Assembly: GCA_028534125.1 (NCBI GenBank)
Contig: CM052818.1
Span: forward strand, 17,300,001-17,364,000
Source: Lama glama
Taxonomy: Eukaryota
Direction: 5' to 3'
DNA length: 64,000 nt
The position numbers were made by a program, and so were the translations under genes. The notes below the pieces were generated by a model. It did not search any database and had not been told where the DNA came from. It was given only the letters and a program-made list of their open reading frames with translations. Of this stretch, positions 36,521 to 50,350 are shown in pieces. Every line of letters starts with the position of its first letter. Within the stretch, counting starts at the first letter, position 1.

Positions 36521-37861
36521 CACACTAATAGGTGAGCATAGCTTAAGAGATGGATTAAGGGTAGGCCTAAGGATTCTGCAGGGATCCTGGGAAAGAACTA
36601 CTGAAAGGGTCCAGTCTCTGTAGACCGACTGGCCTCCTAAAAAGGATAAGAGGGGGTGAGGCTCTATAAGATAAAATAAAATAAAAGTAAAGGTTATTTG
36701 GTGAGATGGTCAGGATTAGAGACTGACCCTTGATACGTTTTGTTAGTGTGATGGTTCAATTTTCTTGTTCCTTATTTAGGGTTTGTCTTTTAGAAAAGAA
36801 ATGAGGATTCTAGCTTGAAGGACGAACTCACTGGCTTTTGATCATTGTTGAAATAACTCAGAAAAGTGTAAATACAGCCCTGGAAGACATTCAGGCTTAA
36901 TACATCTTTATTTAACTAATGCTGTAATGTTTTTTAGATGAACAGTGACAAGAAGCTGTATATAATTAAACCACCCAATTACTTGTAGGAAATTATTTAA
37001 GGGCACTTGGAAAATTGAGATAGTCTGTCAAGAACTTAATAATTAAAGCATTTGATTCTTCACAAAGACGACAAAGAGACTTACCAGGAGAGTCTCACTT
37101 TGGAAATGTATTTTGCTTATAACAGTATGAAAAATGATGCCCAGCTGGTGAAAAGGTCAGCGTTCCCCCTGAAGCAGTGACCTCTCTAACCCGGTGAACA
37201 GGAATGCTTCCAGGTGTTATATCAAGTAACTTGGCGATTATGGTGAGGTATATTCAAAGTGTGTGTTTGTAGGAACACTCTCTACATTTTCAAAACAGCA
37301 CTCTAATTTTTCCTGGATTAAATTATCTGAGGACAGGGAGAGTGGGTTTTGTGATATCCGTGACACCTAATGAAATGCCCTACAATAAATACTCAGGGCT
37401 ACAGAAGCATTACTAGAATGATTCATGGAAAGCCTCCTTATGTAGAAGCAATGATATGTTCATACTGTTAGTTGGAACTGACTTTAAAGCTGGCTACAAT
37501 CAGCAAGGTATGATTTTTGAGCTTTATGAATAGCCTTAAATGTCTAAATGTTTTTCCCAATTGCCTGTGATTCTACCATTAGAGATTCATTCTTCAATGC
37601 GTTGATAGCTTTTATTAACATTTGTTGTATGTTAAAAGAGCGTGAAATTTAGAGTCATGGTCCACCAGTTGCTGGCTGAATGACCTCTTTAAAATGGGTT
37701 AGAAATGACAGTCCCTGTCCTTACCAAACCATGTTATGTGAGGAATAAATGACAATGTTTGTGAAGTGCTATATAAATTATATTTAAGAAGAATAAAAAC
37801 ATTTTAATAATAAATGTAACCCAGCTACTTAGGAAATAGTAATACATAAAGCTGATGTGCA

Positions 37862-38068
37862 CTGATGGGTGTTAAAATTTAAACTGTATCAGAATCACCT
37901 AGGGAGCTTATTGGAACTGCAGATTCTGGGGTAACCCCGCACCCACCTGCCCCAAGATTCTGTTCTGTTCTGTAAATTTGGGTTAGGATTCAAGATTTGC
38001 ATTTTTAAATACTCACTTTAAGAGATTCTAATGTAAAGAGTTCTTAAACAAATCTTTGAGCAGTACGA
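37862..38068. mobile_element. MER5-family MITE
   Basis: tgtatcagaatcacctagggagctt...gcagattctggg...atttgcattttta. Confidence 0.7.
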
Positions 38069-39639
38069 CTTTATGCCATTATCAAGCAATATCTTCAACT
38101 GTTGTCTTGTACCTGCCTCTTTCTAAGCCCCCAGCACAAATTGTCTAATGAACAAGTAGATAGTGATTGCTTTATATCCGGAGGATGCAGGGAAATCACT
38201 TGGATACAGGAAACAAAGATGTGGAAAGTATCTCCGACCTGATATCATCACATTAGTGATCAATTGCATTTGACAGAATATTAGCAAAGACAATAACAAG
38301 CTGTTAAGTCTATTGCCTTTCTCCTAGGAAGGACTGTTACACATAAAAGTAGTCCTATAGGAAGTGGACTGCAAGCATTAATGACTCACAGCTATCGTTT
38401 TGATGGAATGAGTTGTCTCCACATTCAGCCAACTCTTTATTTTGCAGTGGAGTTACACTTTTGAGGGTTGTCTGCATGAATATAGAAGTAGAGACATGCA
38501 CACAGACAATTTAAAAATCTGTAACCTCCTTTTGTCTTTCCATTTACACATTTTTTTTGTCCTTTATTCCAAGTATCCTTAGAAAGGGTTAGTTTAGTCT
38601 ATAATGCAAACTAAGTTGTCATTCTTTTTTTTTTCCCTCTACTAAAAAAAGTCTTTTAATGGTTAACATTTTTTGCTTTGACAAAGAAAGCTTTGATGCA
38701 GGTGTTATTTCAGCACACATTTCATCATATCCTATGATAATGTTTTAGATTTTGTAATGTCTTTTCCAAGTTTCATCTCTTTTAAGGGTTGTGATGTTTT
38801 AATGTTAAATCTTTTATGAACTTCCTCTTTCTTGGTCTTTTCCCTAAATCATCTATACCTTTCTGAAAAATGACATTATTATTGGGTTATAATTTTTCAT
38901 TCTTTTTGACTTTATGTGGATGACAGGTATATCTCTAGAACCAGGCACAGGGAGTTTAGGATTAACTAGCTCCTATCCCTAATGTTACAGATGTAGACTC
39001 TGAGACCCAGGAAGATTAAATACTCAGCTGTTCGTTTCTTCCCCAGTTCTGCACTGCTTTTCTCTCAGCTTTATTCATGAGTTACCTGAACTCATATCCA
39101 AGCCATTCTTTGTGAAGAATTTTAAATGGAGCAAGTCCCCTGGCAGGAAACAAACTCTGAAAAACTGAACAAGTTTTCCATTTATAGTTTGAGAATGTCT
39201 TTTATTTTGGAGCTACTTTATTCATTAAAATTTACTTGAATGGAGAGCAACCATAACTCCTATGTGCAATATTAAGCTGACAGTTTTAAAATGCTTCCTT
39301 GCTTAATTTATATTACTATGGAGATTTTTAAATGGAGAGAAAATAGCGTTGGGGGTTGGGAGAGGTAGGGAAAAGGAGGTAATGGGAGAAAGGATTTTCT
39401 AATATGAATATCCTTGGAGATGTGAGGTTGAAGCAAGAGGACATGGCCTTGTTTCAGAATTCCATCGTTGTTAATGAAAGAAGGAAACAAAGAGGCTTCC
39501 TGTGAATTTAAATTCTTCCATCAAACTCTTAAGACATGTAGAGATAATCCATATTTTAAGTAATATTTGTTGTCATTGATTATCATTATTACCTTACAAG
39601 AATTAGAAAACAGAGAGAAAAAAATTGCGGCATCCATAA

Positions 39640-40520
39640 TCGAATACCCAGAGATAAGCACTGTTAGAAACTTTGGTATTTTTTTTAGTAGTTTGTCTTT
39701 TGTATGTCTTAAAAACTGAAATTTACTTCAGATTTAAGAAGAGTCAATAAATTTGAGATAAATAGGATTCTACTGTACATACTGTTTTGCAGCCCCTTTT
39801 TAAATTAAATATATATGGAGAACATCTTTTCTTTTTTACTAATTTTCTTCTAAAATACAACTTTATAGTCACTGCATGGTATTCTATCTAGACCATACTC
39901 ATTTCACCGATCTTTTTGGTTGTTGTTGTTAGACACTTACATTATTTCCATGTAAAATTTTTATAAACTCTGGTATCATAGGTGATACTTAAGTATTTGT
40001 ATTCCAAGTGTGGAAATTCTAAGCTAGAAGGAATGGCTATTTGTAAGGAAGGGGTGGTGGTGGCACTCGTTACTAAACTGAATTCTAGCCCCTAACCCGC
40101 ATTACATCCCTCTACACTGCCTCCTGTGCTGTCTTCTGTATCCTGGCGCACTGGCCATCCCAGCTTATAATGACCACTTTCAGTTTTGTCATTTTATAGG
40201 CAAGAAAGTTGTTTCATTGTTTTAACTGCTTTATCCTTTTTCTGATTTCTACTGTGTTTGAACATCTTCACATGTGAATTTGCCAATTATACTTCACCAA
40301 GTTACCTGTTCATTATGGACTCCAGTCTGTCTAGTGGGTCGTTCCTTTTGTTCACACTGATTTGTAAGATTTCTTTATACATGTTGTTAATCCTCTACTA
40401 TATCTGGGGCTAACATGTTTATCAGTTAATTACCCGACTTTTAATTTTATTTATGATGCTATTAATGTATAGGGGTTTAATATTTTCATGTAGTCAAATC
40501 TATTGTCATTTTTCTTTATT
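39640..40520 (-). mobile_element. Degenerate L1ME-like fragment
   Basis: actgtacatactgttttgc...ctgcatggtattcta...agacacttacattatttcc...tgaacatcttcacatgtg...tagtcaaatcta. Confidence 0.55.
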
Positions 40521-41089
40521 GCTAATTCCATTTTTCGTCACCTTTTCACCCTCCACCCCGTTGGAGATAATTCTGCATGTTGGGGCATTTTTTTATGTTT
40601 CCACAGGCAGGAGATACTGAGCTAGCATCTATTCAGATAACTGTGATAGAAATGACAAGAGACAAGGTGTGTTAGAAAGTTGACCAAGCAAGCAGCTATG
40701 GGTCAAGGGTGAAGTGCAGGAAGCTGCTAACAGCATAGTGAGGTCTTGGAGTTTAGGAGTGGGATAGGGGTACCAGAATTAATAGAAAAAGATTAGAGTA
40801 TTTCCAATTCTTAAGAACACTGCAGCCTAGAGAATGAGGGCAAAGGAACTGAATGTTACCGTCTTTCCTGTTCTGTGTTGCTAGCCATGGTGCTGAACTG
40901 TTTATGCATATCTATGCCATACAGTGGCCTCTCAGATGCTCTCTGTTCTATGAATCTTGTTGACTGCTTCATTTTTGTAAGCAAGGAGTCTAAGAAGAAA
41001 ATCAGAATACATATATAATAACTCTTCCCTCTTCCCTATAAGATTAAGAAGCATGCTGAAGTTCTTTTTTGTTGTTGTTATACAGTCTC

Positions 41090-41755
41090 CCTTTAAAAAA
41101 AATAAGTTATAGTTCAAATACAATGAAATGTACACATTTTCAGTGTACAACTTGATGGAGGAATTTTTACCTATTTGTATTCCTCATCCAGGTCAAAACA
41201 CAGATTATTTCTATCTTTATAAGGTATGGTTCTCAGTGAAAGAGCTTACCCATCCCATGCCACCCAAAACCACTATTCTGATTTCTGTCTAGATGAATTT
41301 GCCTGTCCTGAACTTCGTGTAAATGGGGATCATGAAGAAGGTTCTCTTTTTTGTCTGGTTTCTTTGTATCAGCATAATATTTTAAAAAATTACCCATGTT
41401 GTTATATGTATCATTAGTTGGTTCTCTTTTATTTCTGAATAGTATCCCCTTGCATGGATATACTGCAGCTTGTTTATTGGTTCTCACATAGATGGACATC
41501 ATGATTTGTTTCTGATTTGGGACTGCAGTGAATATGAACATTCTCCTATCAGTGTGGACACAGGTGTTTATATCTGTTTGGTTGTATACTGAATTTGGGA
41601 AGGCTGGGACGTACAGTAGGTATTTGTCAGACACTGCCCCACAGTTTTTCAAGGTGATGGTATGATTTTACAGTCCCACCAACAATTGTTGTTTCCACAT
41701 CCTTATTTACACTTAGTGTTGTTTACCTTGTTAATTTTATCCATGTTGTTAGGTG
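41090..41755 (-). mobile_element. L1M (L1MD/L1ME-like) 3' fragment
   Basis: atgaaatgtacacattttcagtgtacaacttgatg...ccactattctgatttct...tgaatagtatcccc...gatggacat...tcccaccaacaat. Confidence 0.75.
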
Positions 41756-43189
41756 CGCTCAAATTTTATTTTGGATATTCTGGCTGATCCCAACAGAATG
41801 AAAAGCAATACAAGTGTTTGCAGGATGAAGTTCTTTAGCAAAGAAAGCCTAAGAATTACAGGATGTATGCTTTGAAAGCATTTTTAAGATAGTGTCAGTT
41901 TTATGAAGTTAAAGAAGGTAACAAACTAAGAGCTGATGGACACAGAATCAGCTATAAATTAAGTAATGCTAAATAGAATTTGAAGATAAAGTTCCATGTG
42001 AAAACTTCAGTTATAATCAAGTCTCAGGTCCTCTCCCATAACCTCCTGGCCTCCTTTGGTTATGCTCTTTCTCTTCCATTATATGCCTGAGCCTGCAGCT
42101 GCCAGCCTGCAAGTTTTCATTTAATAGTGAAGTGTTATTTTAAGAAGTTAAAATACTTATAAAAATTGCTTTCTAATTTTATATGTGCTAAGTCTCTTGC
42201 TGTCTTTAGATACAGCAAGTAAAATGTAATGATCTCAGTAAACATCTGAGGAAGAAAATTATTTTTAAAGTTGAGGAAAAATATATTGCTTAATGTAATT
42301 GCTGCTAAAATTGTTTCATAGTTTTAGTTTAAATTGCTTGTTAATAATTGCTGGCATTTATTCAATACACCTCTCAGCACACTATACACAATACATTAAT
42401 TAATGTGTTAAATATTAAAATTAGACTGTGAACATAAATAAAATATTTCCAAAATATGAAAAGTTAGTCCACCAAATGAAAATTTTTAAAAATGTGGCAC
42501 TTTTTTTCACTTTGATGAGAACCAATAAACATTATACAAACATAATGAGAAGGGTAAAATACTTAGTGTGTATTCTTTTTGAAAATATATTCAAACAGTA
42601 GATCATGCTTAGTTACTTTCTCTGTTAAATATATCTTCTAGGTTTTTGTTTATTTTGATACTTACTGATTAGAATCTATAGATTAGAGAACTGTGAAGAA
42701 GGAAAAGTGATATATTGAAATCTTAGTCTTTAATATGCTCACAAATTTTATCAGATTAATTTCAAAATAATGAAAACAAAACCATATAAAATATTAACAT
42801 AGCAGTAGTATGCATTTTACAGTGCTCATTTGTATGTGGCATTTATCTCTGCATTGAAGAGGAATCTCAAAAATATTCCTAAAATTAGAACCAAGCCTCT
42901 TCTAATTCTAAATTCCAGATAATTACTTGAATAATACTGTTAATAATAATGAAAACATCAATATATCGCTATTCAGATGTTCTTGTAAGCAGAAGGCAGT
43001 GGACTTGGAGTTAGACCCAGAATTTGCATTCTGACTCTGCTTGATGGTGTGACTTTGGACAAGTTTTCTCATCCATAAAATGGGAGTCATACTAACTCAC
43101 CTTCTTAGGATATTTGAATGACTAAAGTGCTTCTCAGTAGAACATTAGCAAATTTTAGTCCCACTCCCCTTTAGAGAGGTTAGGAGCTC

Positions 43190-43380
43190 TTTTTTTTTTT
43201 TCCTGAAGTATGGTCAATTTACAATGTTGTGTCAATTTCTAGTTTACAGCATAATGTTTCAGTCATACATATATTTATTTTCATATTCTTTCTCATCATA
43301 GGTTACTACAAGATATTGAATATAGTTCCCTATACTCTACAGAAGAAACTTGCTGTTTATCTATTTTATGTATAGTAGTT
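43190..43380 (-). mobile_element. 5'-truncated artiodactyl/camelid-type L1 3' end
   Basis: Poly-T followed by tgaagtatggtcaatttacaatgttgtgtc...; same family as 270-486. Confidence 0.85.
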
Positions 43381-43389
43381 TCTCTTCCT

Positions 43390-43890
43390 TATTCATCCAT
43401 GGGACCTGATGAAAGGCACTGCAGACTTTCTCTCCATCTATTCACATTCTTCTTTCCAGTGATCACCTATCTATAGGACCTGCCCTCATATCAGCACCAT
43501 CCTTTCTTGTCTCTTCAGCACAGGGTACAGTCTACATCCTAACTTTGTTATGATTCATCCTTCCCTTAGTATCTATTTCACTGACCTACTATTTTCTTTC
43601 CATTCTGATTGTTGCATCCTCTGCCTCTCTCTCAGTTTCTTCCTCTCTACCACTGAGGTACAGAAATTCTGTTTTAAGTCCTCTCCTCTTTTTCTACCTT
43701 CTCTCTCTCTCTCTCTCTTTTTTTTTTTTCAGTGATCTCATCAACCATTCTCATTTCTTTCCTCAATCCCAACTGTTCTCTTGGATTTTCAAATCCATCC
43801 TGGACTTTTTCCACCTGAATTTCTGGGCAACACATTAAAGTCCAAGAATAAAAGTGAACACACCTTCCCCACCACTAGAAACTTTTCCTG
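43390..43890. mobile_element. L2 fragment (degenerate)
   Basis: Pyrimidine-rich L2-like sequence: gtgatctcatcaaccattc...ctggactttttccacctgaatttct...cacattaaa. Confidence 0.45.
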
Positions 43891-45231
43891 CAGAGTCAGA
43901 TGGAGGTTTTTCAGGGTCTAAAGCTAACATCATTCAAGGAGTGCCAGTTAAGGAAAAGAATGCCAAATGTTAAATAAAAATGACCATAGCCCCTCCCATG
44001 CCACCTGGTGTGAGGGGAAGTACGACTAAAGAAAAGCTGGAGCAGCAAGACAGAAGTTTAACCATCAAGATAGAAATGACGTCTGCATATGGCTGTGAAC
44101 AAACTGCGAGGGTCCCTCTGCCCAGGGCTCTGAAAGAAGTCCTACACATAGTCACCATGAAGCTTTAGATTCATCTGTTTCAAGTAAATTGATTCCATCT
44201 TCTTGATCTTTCTAAATCTTAAACAGCACCCCGATATTATTTTGGTCCCTAAGGTACAAAACCTTTAAATTAAAGTAATTTTTCTTTCTCCTGCCTTGAT
44301 ATCTAATCAGTTGCCTAATGGCTGACTTGCATTCTTCCACTCCTACAGCTACTGCCGAGTTGGGTCCCAGAGCCTCGTGTGGAGACCATTTCGGTAGCTT
44401 GCTCACTAGTCTTCCTATTTCACGTCTTCTACTCAAGGGTATAGCCTGCTTGACATTTAGTCTCACTAAAGTATTGCTGTCATCCCACTCTTACCAAAGT
44501 AAATTCAAATAGTTCACATGCCCAAGTCTTACATTCGAAACCTTTCCTCCCTTGGCCCCAGGCTCCTGTTTTCCCACAGTGTTTCAGGTCTTTGCCGAAC
44601 TCTCCATCTGACAGCCACCTTACAAGCTACGCTGAATTACTCAGTTGCTAGCACATCTCTTTTGTTTCTGGCTGTTTGGTACTCACCGTCCTTGGAATTG
44701 GATGATACCACTTGTTAGCTCACCATTTATTAAGACAAAGGAGTATTTTCCTCAACTTGTTGTTTTCCGTGTTTTCCAGCTCATTGACTTGCTTATAGTA
44801 TATGTTTACTAAATGTTTGTTTTAATGAACAAGTACATACAGGTGTATTTTGGGAAAGGACGTGGAGCTAGGTCAAGTATTGATTTTAAAAACGCTTTTT
44901 TTTTTAAACCATGATGCTTTTCATTCAATCATTTATAAGGTCAGAATATTGGATATTGGTAGGGGCGTAAATAAAATTTGAGGCTATGGAGAAAGTTTTT
45001 CATAGATTGGTATGTCCATTCATTTTCTGAAATCCACTTTGCTCTGTCTTCCCATCTTACATTTGATCATCCCCTAAACATTGCAGGGGCCTCTTTGCAC
45101 TCTTTTATTCAGAAATACACACTGAGTGCCTAGTGGGTGCCAGGCATTGTGTCTGTTCTTCAGTGTCTCTAGTATCTCAGTGGGAGGCAGACTTTGAAAT
45201 TGAAACACAATGAAAGCATTTGTTGTCGATG

Positions 45232-45402
45232 CATAGTCCCCAAACCAGCAGCATCAGCATCACCCGGGGACTGGTTAGATGCAAATTCTTCTATCCCAAC
45301 CAGACCTAATAAATCAGGAACTCTGAGGTTGGGGCCCAGCAATCTGTAGTTTAATAAGCCTTCCAGTAGATTCCGCTGCATGATAAAGTTTGAGAACTAC
45401 TG
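45232..45402 (+). mobile_element. MER5A
   Basis: accagcagcatcagcatcacccgggg...aatcaggaactctgaggttggggcccagcaatctg...aaagtttgagaactactg. Confidence 0.9.
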
Positions 45403-48400
45403 TTACAACGTCTTGCTGGAGCATAGCAGGCACTGGACATCTGTAGAGGGTGCAGTGACCCTGCAGGGATTTGTTAACTGGGTAGAGGAAGGTTTCTGAT
45501 AAAGTTTTATGGAAGATAAGACCTAGGAACTGAATTTTGGGAGAATATTTATAGCTTTTTTACGCTTGCATTTTACTAAATTCTAATATAATCTATCATA
45601 CAACTAAACCATTTCAACTTTTCAAAATTACAGTTCATAATGAAAAATAACACTAAAGTTATTTTATAGTCAAGAGAGACATCACCATTTTAGAATATGC
45701 TTTAAAATGCTAGTAGGCTGATAATACAGATAAAACAATGCTATCAAGGAATGGACTGTCCTCAGGGCTAATATTATCCTTTAAAGTTTAACTCCGTGAG
45801 GTTAATTTCTGAATTGTAGCTTTAGAATTTAAGTTCTCAAAGATGCTTGTTTTCTCTAATTTGGAATGAGCGATTTGAAATATGAAAATAAAAATGGGAA
45901 AAAAAATCAAACAGCCTTGACTTATAAGTAAATCTTTGGCAGAGGCAAGGAATGAATCTGTATCTAAATTTATACTCTGCCTCTATTCATCCTCATTAGT
46001 TGTCAAATCTAGTGATAGATTAGAAATCTTTGCATAGTTACAGCGTAGCATCATTCTAAGAGTGATCCCCCGAAAATTTCCTTGTCTAAGAAATCACTGT
46101 TGTCAATTCCTTAGTTAAAATGTGTGCATATTGAGGAAGTTGTCTTCTAGTGATCAAGGGGATTAAACCCACGTTACCAAACTTTTGACACATGAGTGAA
46201 CAGAAGTCTCCTTGATGGGCCAAGTTAATAACCCCAGCTCCCCTGTTCATCCCCTGTCCCAGCACATCACCCATTAAGGAGTATTTTGAGTATTTTCTTT
46301 TCTTTTTAAATGATTGTTTTGGGGCTGTTCCCCTTCTGTTATGGAGCTGAGGTGATAGAAGGGAAGTGGCCTGTGTCCCTCATTAGCCCTTGTTTCCAGG
46401 TAACCCTTCTTGATGTCATGCCCGGGCAGGCAGGCAGTGCTCAGCCTCTAGGTTAAACCCAAATCTGCCTTGAAGAGCACATCAATTAATCAGGAAGTAT
46501 GTAGAGGAGTGAAATAGTGTATGATTTACTACATGACTTAGACCTGACTCTTTTTTGACTTCACCGTTTTTCAGCACCGGGGTCGTGCGTGGGTCACTTT
46601 ACCAAGCTAAGCACCAACTGTAGCTTGGTTAATTTTCTCGTGTAAAGTAAAGAGGATAATACTTACATATTACAGTTTGATGTGAAATTTAAATGAGATA
46701 ATGTTTTTAAATACTTTAATGTAACCCCTGGCATGTTTTTCATAGATACTAGCTACCTCTAGTTACATTATTGTTTATTATTATTTAATTATGGAATAGG
46801 ATATTGTGTTCTTCTTACTGTGGACTAGAAGACAGCATTAGAGCTACTGAAATGTGAGGTGAATTACTGCTCATTCCTGCGATTTTCCCCCATGTAAAGC
46901 AAAATCAAACAAGAAGCACCGTGCCTCTCCCATTTGCTATCTTTTGAAAGATAACTGGTATTCAGTCCCTACCATTTCTTGAAAAGTACCAGTACTTGAA
47001 AAAATAAAGAATTTTCATTTTATAACTTTATATCTCTCATTTTCTCAGCCCCTGTTTCTAGAACTATGCACTATTTAAACTATTTCAAGTTCAAAGTTGC
47101 AAACTGTGTCACTGGTTCAGAGTCTAGAAAAGGTGCATCTTCTATATCTTAGAACATGAACTTAAGTGAGACTTACTTCTCTCGGTGAGCAAATCTCAGT
47201 TCACTCCTGGTCTTAATGGAGAGTACTGATTTCAGTAACAATCCCTGTTTGTTCTATAGTTTCTTAGATTTTAAGAATTCAGACAGGAAATCACTATGTG
47301 TTGAGCTAGTGACAGTGTTCTTTTGGGTGTCACTGGATACTTTGTGAGTCTGAGGTAGACATGCATTTCAGCTATGTGTTTTTGTCTGTGCTGTGGTTTG
47401 CCTGCATCCTGTGCTCTCTCTCTCTGAGTTGTACATGGCTGGAGGCCAGAGAATGCTCTCGTTCCATTGAAACTGCCTCCTGCTAATGTTTACATGGTTA
47501 CTGGCTTTGGGACTTTGGCTTTAGAGGGTGATGATTTTCTCCTCGCTGCCCCAGCTTTCCAATTGCTAATAATCAATCCTGAATGCCTGAATTCTTTCAA
47601 GATGGCAAAGACTTAATTTGCCACCGCAGATTTTCCTACCCAACTTTGGAGCTGCAGTAATTTGGCATGACAGAAGGTGTGTGCTGCCAGCAAATTATCA
47701 GAGGCTAGAAGAGTACAAACCATTGCTGTTTGAATCAGATGTCGCTCAATGCACATTCCATTAGTCCAATTAATAAAACAGACAGGCTTCTGAGTGTTTT
47801 GTGGTCCTTCTCTTCATACTCTTATCAGAGCAGTTACTGGGATCAGCCATTAAACTGCCCTCCACAGTGCACAGTCGTAGCCCCAGCTTATCTTCGTATG
47901 CTTGAGTTTAATTCCATATTCTGTATTTCTAGCCAGAAATATACCCTTCTTCCTCCCCTCTGGCTTTTTAGCTCCTGTCCGTTCATTCATTCCCTAAATC
48001 CTAGTTCTGTTCTTATTTCCTCTCAAAAGCCTTTCCTTGATACTCCTCATCACACTGATTTGTCCCTCACTTGAACTTCTGTGTCACTTAATGTTATTGC
48101 CAAATCATTTGGCACTTTATTTTATTGTTTTCCATATTTGGTCTGATTGTCTCCAAATGCAGATCTTCTTAAGTGTAACATCCTTATTGTAATGTGCCGT
48201 GTTTCTTTTCTGTTCCGTTACCAAGCAAATCCATCCCTACCTCCCAACTAGTCTCATGCTAATCACATACTAGACATTATTCTCAGGTATAAGACTCAAT
48301 GATTACTTTTTTAAGTTGTTGATTTTTCATCTGACTCAGTAAGAGTACAGCATTTTAGATGTCATCATTCACGTAAGACCTTCCCATTAGAATTGTTAGT

Positions 48401-49519
48401 CACTTGAATTGGAGAGTTTAGAATGCTATGGAAGTTATTTTTGCTTATAAATCTTTAAGTCATCCATCAGTTTGGAATGGCCCTGATTACCTGAATAGCT
48501 TAGGAGGGGTGAGGGTGGGGATGTGGGGGAGATGGTTAGAAAGCTCAGTCTTCCCAGGAAAATGTTAGGTTTTGATTGCACTGTCTTTTATCTGAATACC
48601 TCCTGTTTCTGTAGTGCCTTGTTTGCCCTCTGGGTAGGAGATGAGCTGGGTCTGGCCAAAGTGATTGTGTTGTATTTCCAAGAGAAAAGATCACATGTGT
48701 GTTAACCCAGGAGGAGGCAAGGATGGAGAGGTTACTGGGTAGCGAACTGAGTGCTTGGGGGACAGAGTGGGTAAATAGGAGGGGAGGTTAGTGGCTGACC
48801 CAGGAGATGTCCATGGAACCGTCTTCTCCGACTGCATCTAAGCCTCTAGGCCTCGGGGTCTTCCTCGAATTTCTAAGGTGGGATTCCCTTCCACTCAGCC
48901 CTGTTATAGCTTCCTTCATGCAGATGCTTCCATACATGCTGATGAATGCCTGGAAATGGGGGGAAATTATACACTTCATTTTGTGAATTATTATCATTGT
49001 TTGAGTCATTTTCACACTAACTAGTTCACTAAGTTTGGCAAAAATAGTTGGGGTAGAGATAAGAGTGAGTAACAGAGAGAAGGGCCTTCCTTTTGGATCC
49101 AAAGAAATGATTTTGTTGCTGATAGGTTAGTCAAGGGACTCCTCTCTTTATGAGAACAGAATTCAGACATTTTGGAGAGAAAAGAGTTTGAGATCCATTT
49201 ATCTCAGTGCAGTCACTGAACAGTATTGGACACTCAAAAATGACTATCGTCTGAGCAATTGTAACTTTATGCAGCACTTTATGAAGCATAGTATTTTCTA
49301 ATTTTGTTTTCATTTTGCATCATGCAACTGCAGTATATAATTAATGATGAGGAAATGCTATAAAACTGAACCACAAACTAAAATAATTAAACAAACAGAC
49401 ATTTTCAACTCTCAGCTGGTGTAACTAGAGTCGGCATTATTTTACTGACCCTATGAGAATGTATAACTCAAAGAACATCCCCAATTTAACCTACGATTTT
49501 ACCAGGTTTCTTTAAAATG

Positions 49520-49850
49520 TGTCGGAGCCAGCCGACAATCGATCAGGTCCAGAAACCTGTGCCGCAGGACTGAGAAAGGAAAGACAAGACTAGAAGGTGG
49601 GGTTGAGAGGGTCTCACTCTAGCCCGCAAGATGCTAAGTCAAGAGTGGACTTCGAGTTTATTTCAGGCAGTTAATTTATACAAATTCAAGTGACTACCTT
49701 GTGCATTCTTGCACGTAGGCACAGGTATTGTTTTAAGGTACATTAACAATGTGCACTAAAATCATTAACTTGTGTATAGTCGCATGCATTACCAATGTTT
49801 ACTATTCCCATAAAGTATCCCCAAAAGCTAACATAATAAACTAAGGTTAT
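49520..49850 (-). mobile_element. Young ERV2 (betaretrovirus-like) LTR, 3' part (U3 end-R-U5), truncated by the assembly gap
   Basis: On the minus strand: TATAAA (49680-49675), AATAAA 12 nt later (49662-49657), a U5-like region ending ...tgtcggctggctccgaCA; unusually CpG-rich relative to the flanks. Confidence 0.65.
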
Positions 49851-50350
49851 NNNNNNNNNNNNNNNNNNNNNNNNNNNNNNNNNNNNNNNNNNNNNNNNNN
49901 NNNNNNNNNNNNNNNNNNNNNNNNNNNNNNNNNNNNNNNNNNNNNNNNNNNNNNNNNNNNNNNNNNNNNNNNNNNNNNNNNNNNNNNNNNNNNNNNNNNN
50001 NNNNNNNNNNNNNNNNNNNNNNNNNNNNNNNNNNNNNNNNNNNNNNNNNNNNNNNNNNNNNNNNNNNNNNNNNNNNNNNNNNNNNNNNNNNNNNNNNNNN
50101 NNNNNNNNNNNNNNNNNNNNNNNNNNNNNNNNNNNNNNNNNNNNNNNNNNNNNNNNNNNNNNNNNNNNNNNNNNNNNNNNNNNNNNNNNNNNNNNNNNNN
50201 NNNNNNNNNNNNNNNNNNNNNNNNNNNNNNNNNNNNNNNNNNNNNNNNNNNNNNNNNNNNNNNNNNNNNNNNNNNNNNNNNNNNNNNNNNNNNNNNNNNN
50301 NNNNNNNNNNNNNNNNNNNNNNNNNNNNNNNNNNNNNNNNNNNNNNNNNN
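49851..50350. other. Assembly gap (500 N)
   Basis: Run of N; the round length suggests a placeholder. Confidence 1.

Noticed and set aside
46570..46590. Possible REST/RE1 site TTCAGCACC-GG-GGTCGT
   Set aside because: Only the left half matches; the right half (GGACAG) is poor, and it borders a MIR-like element.
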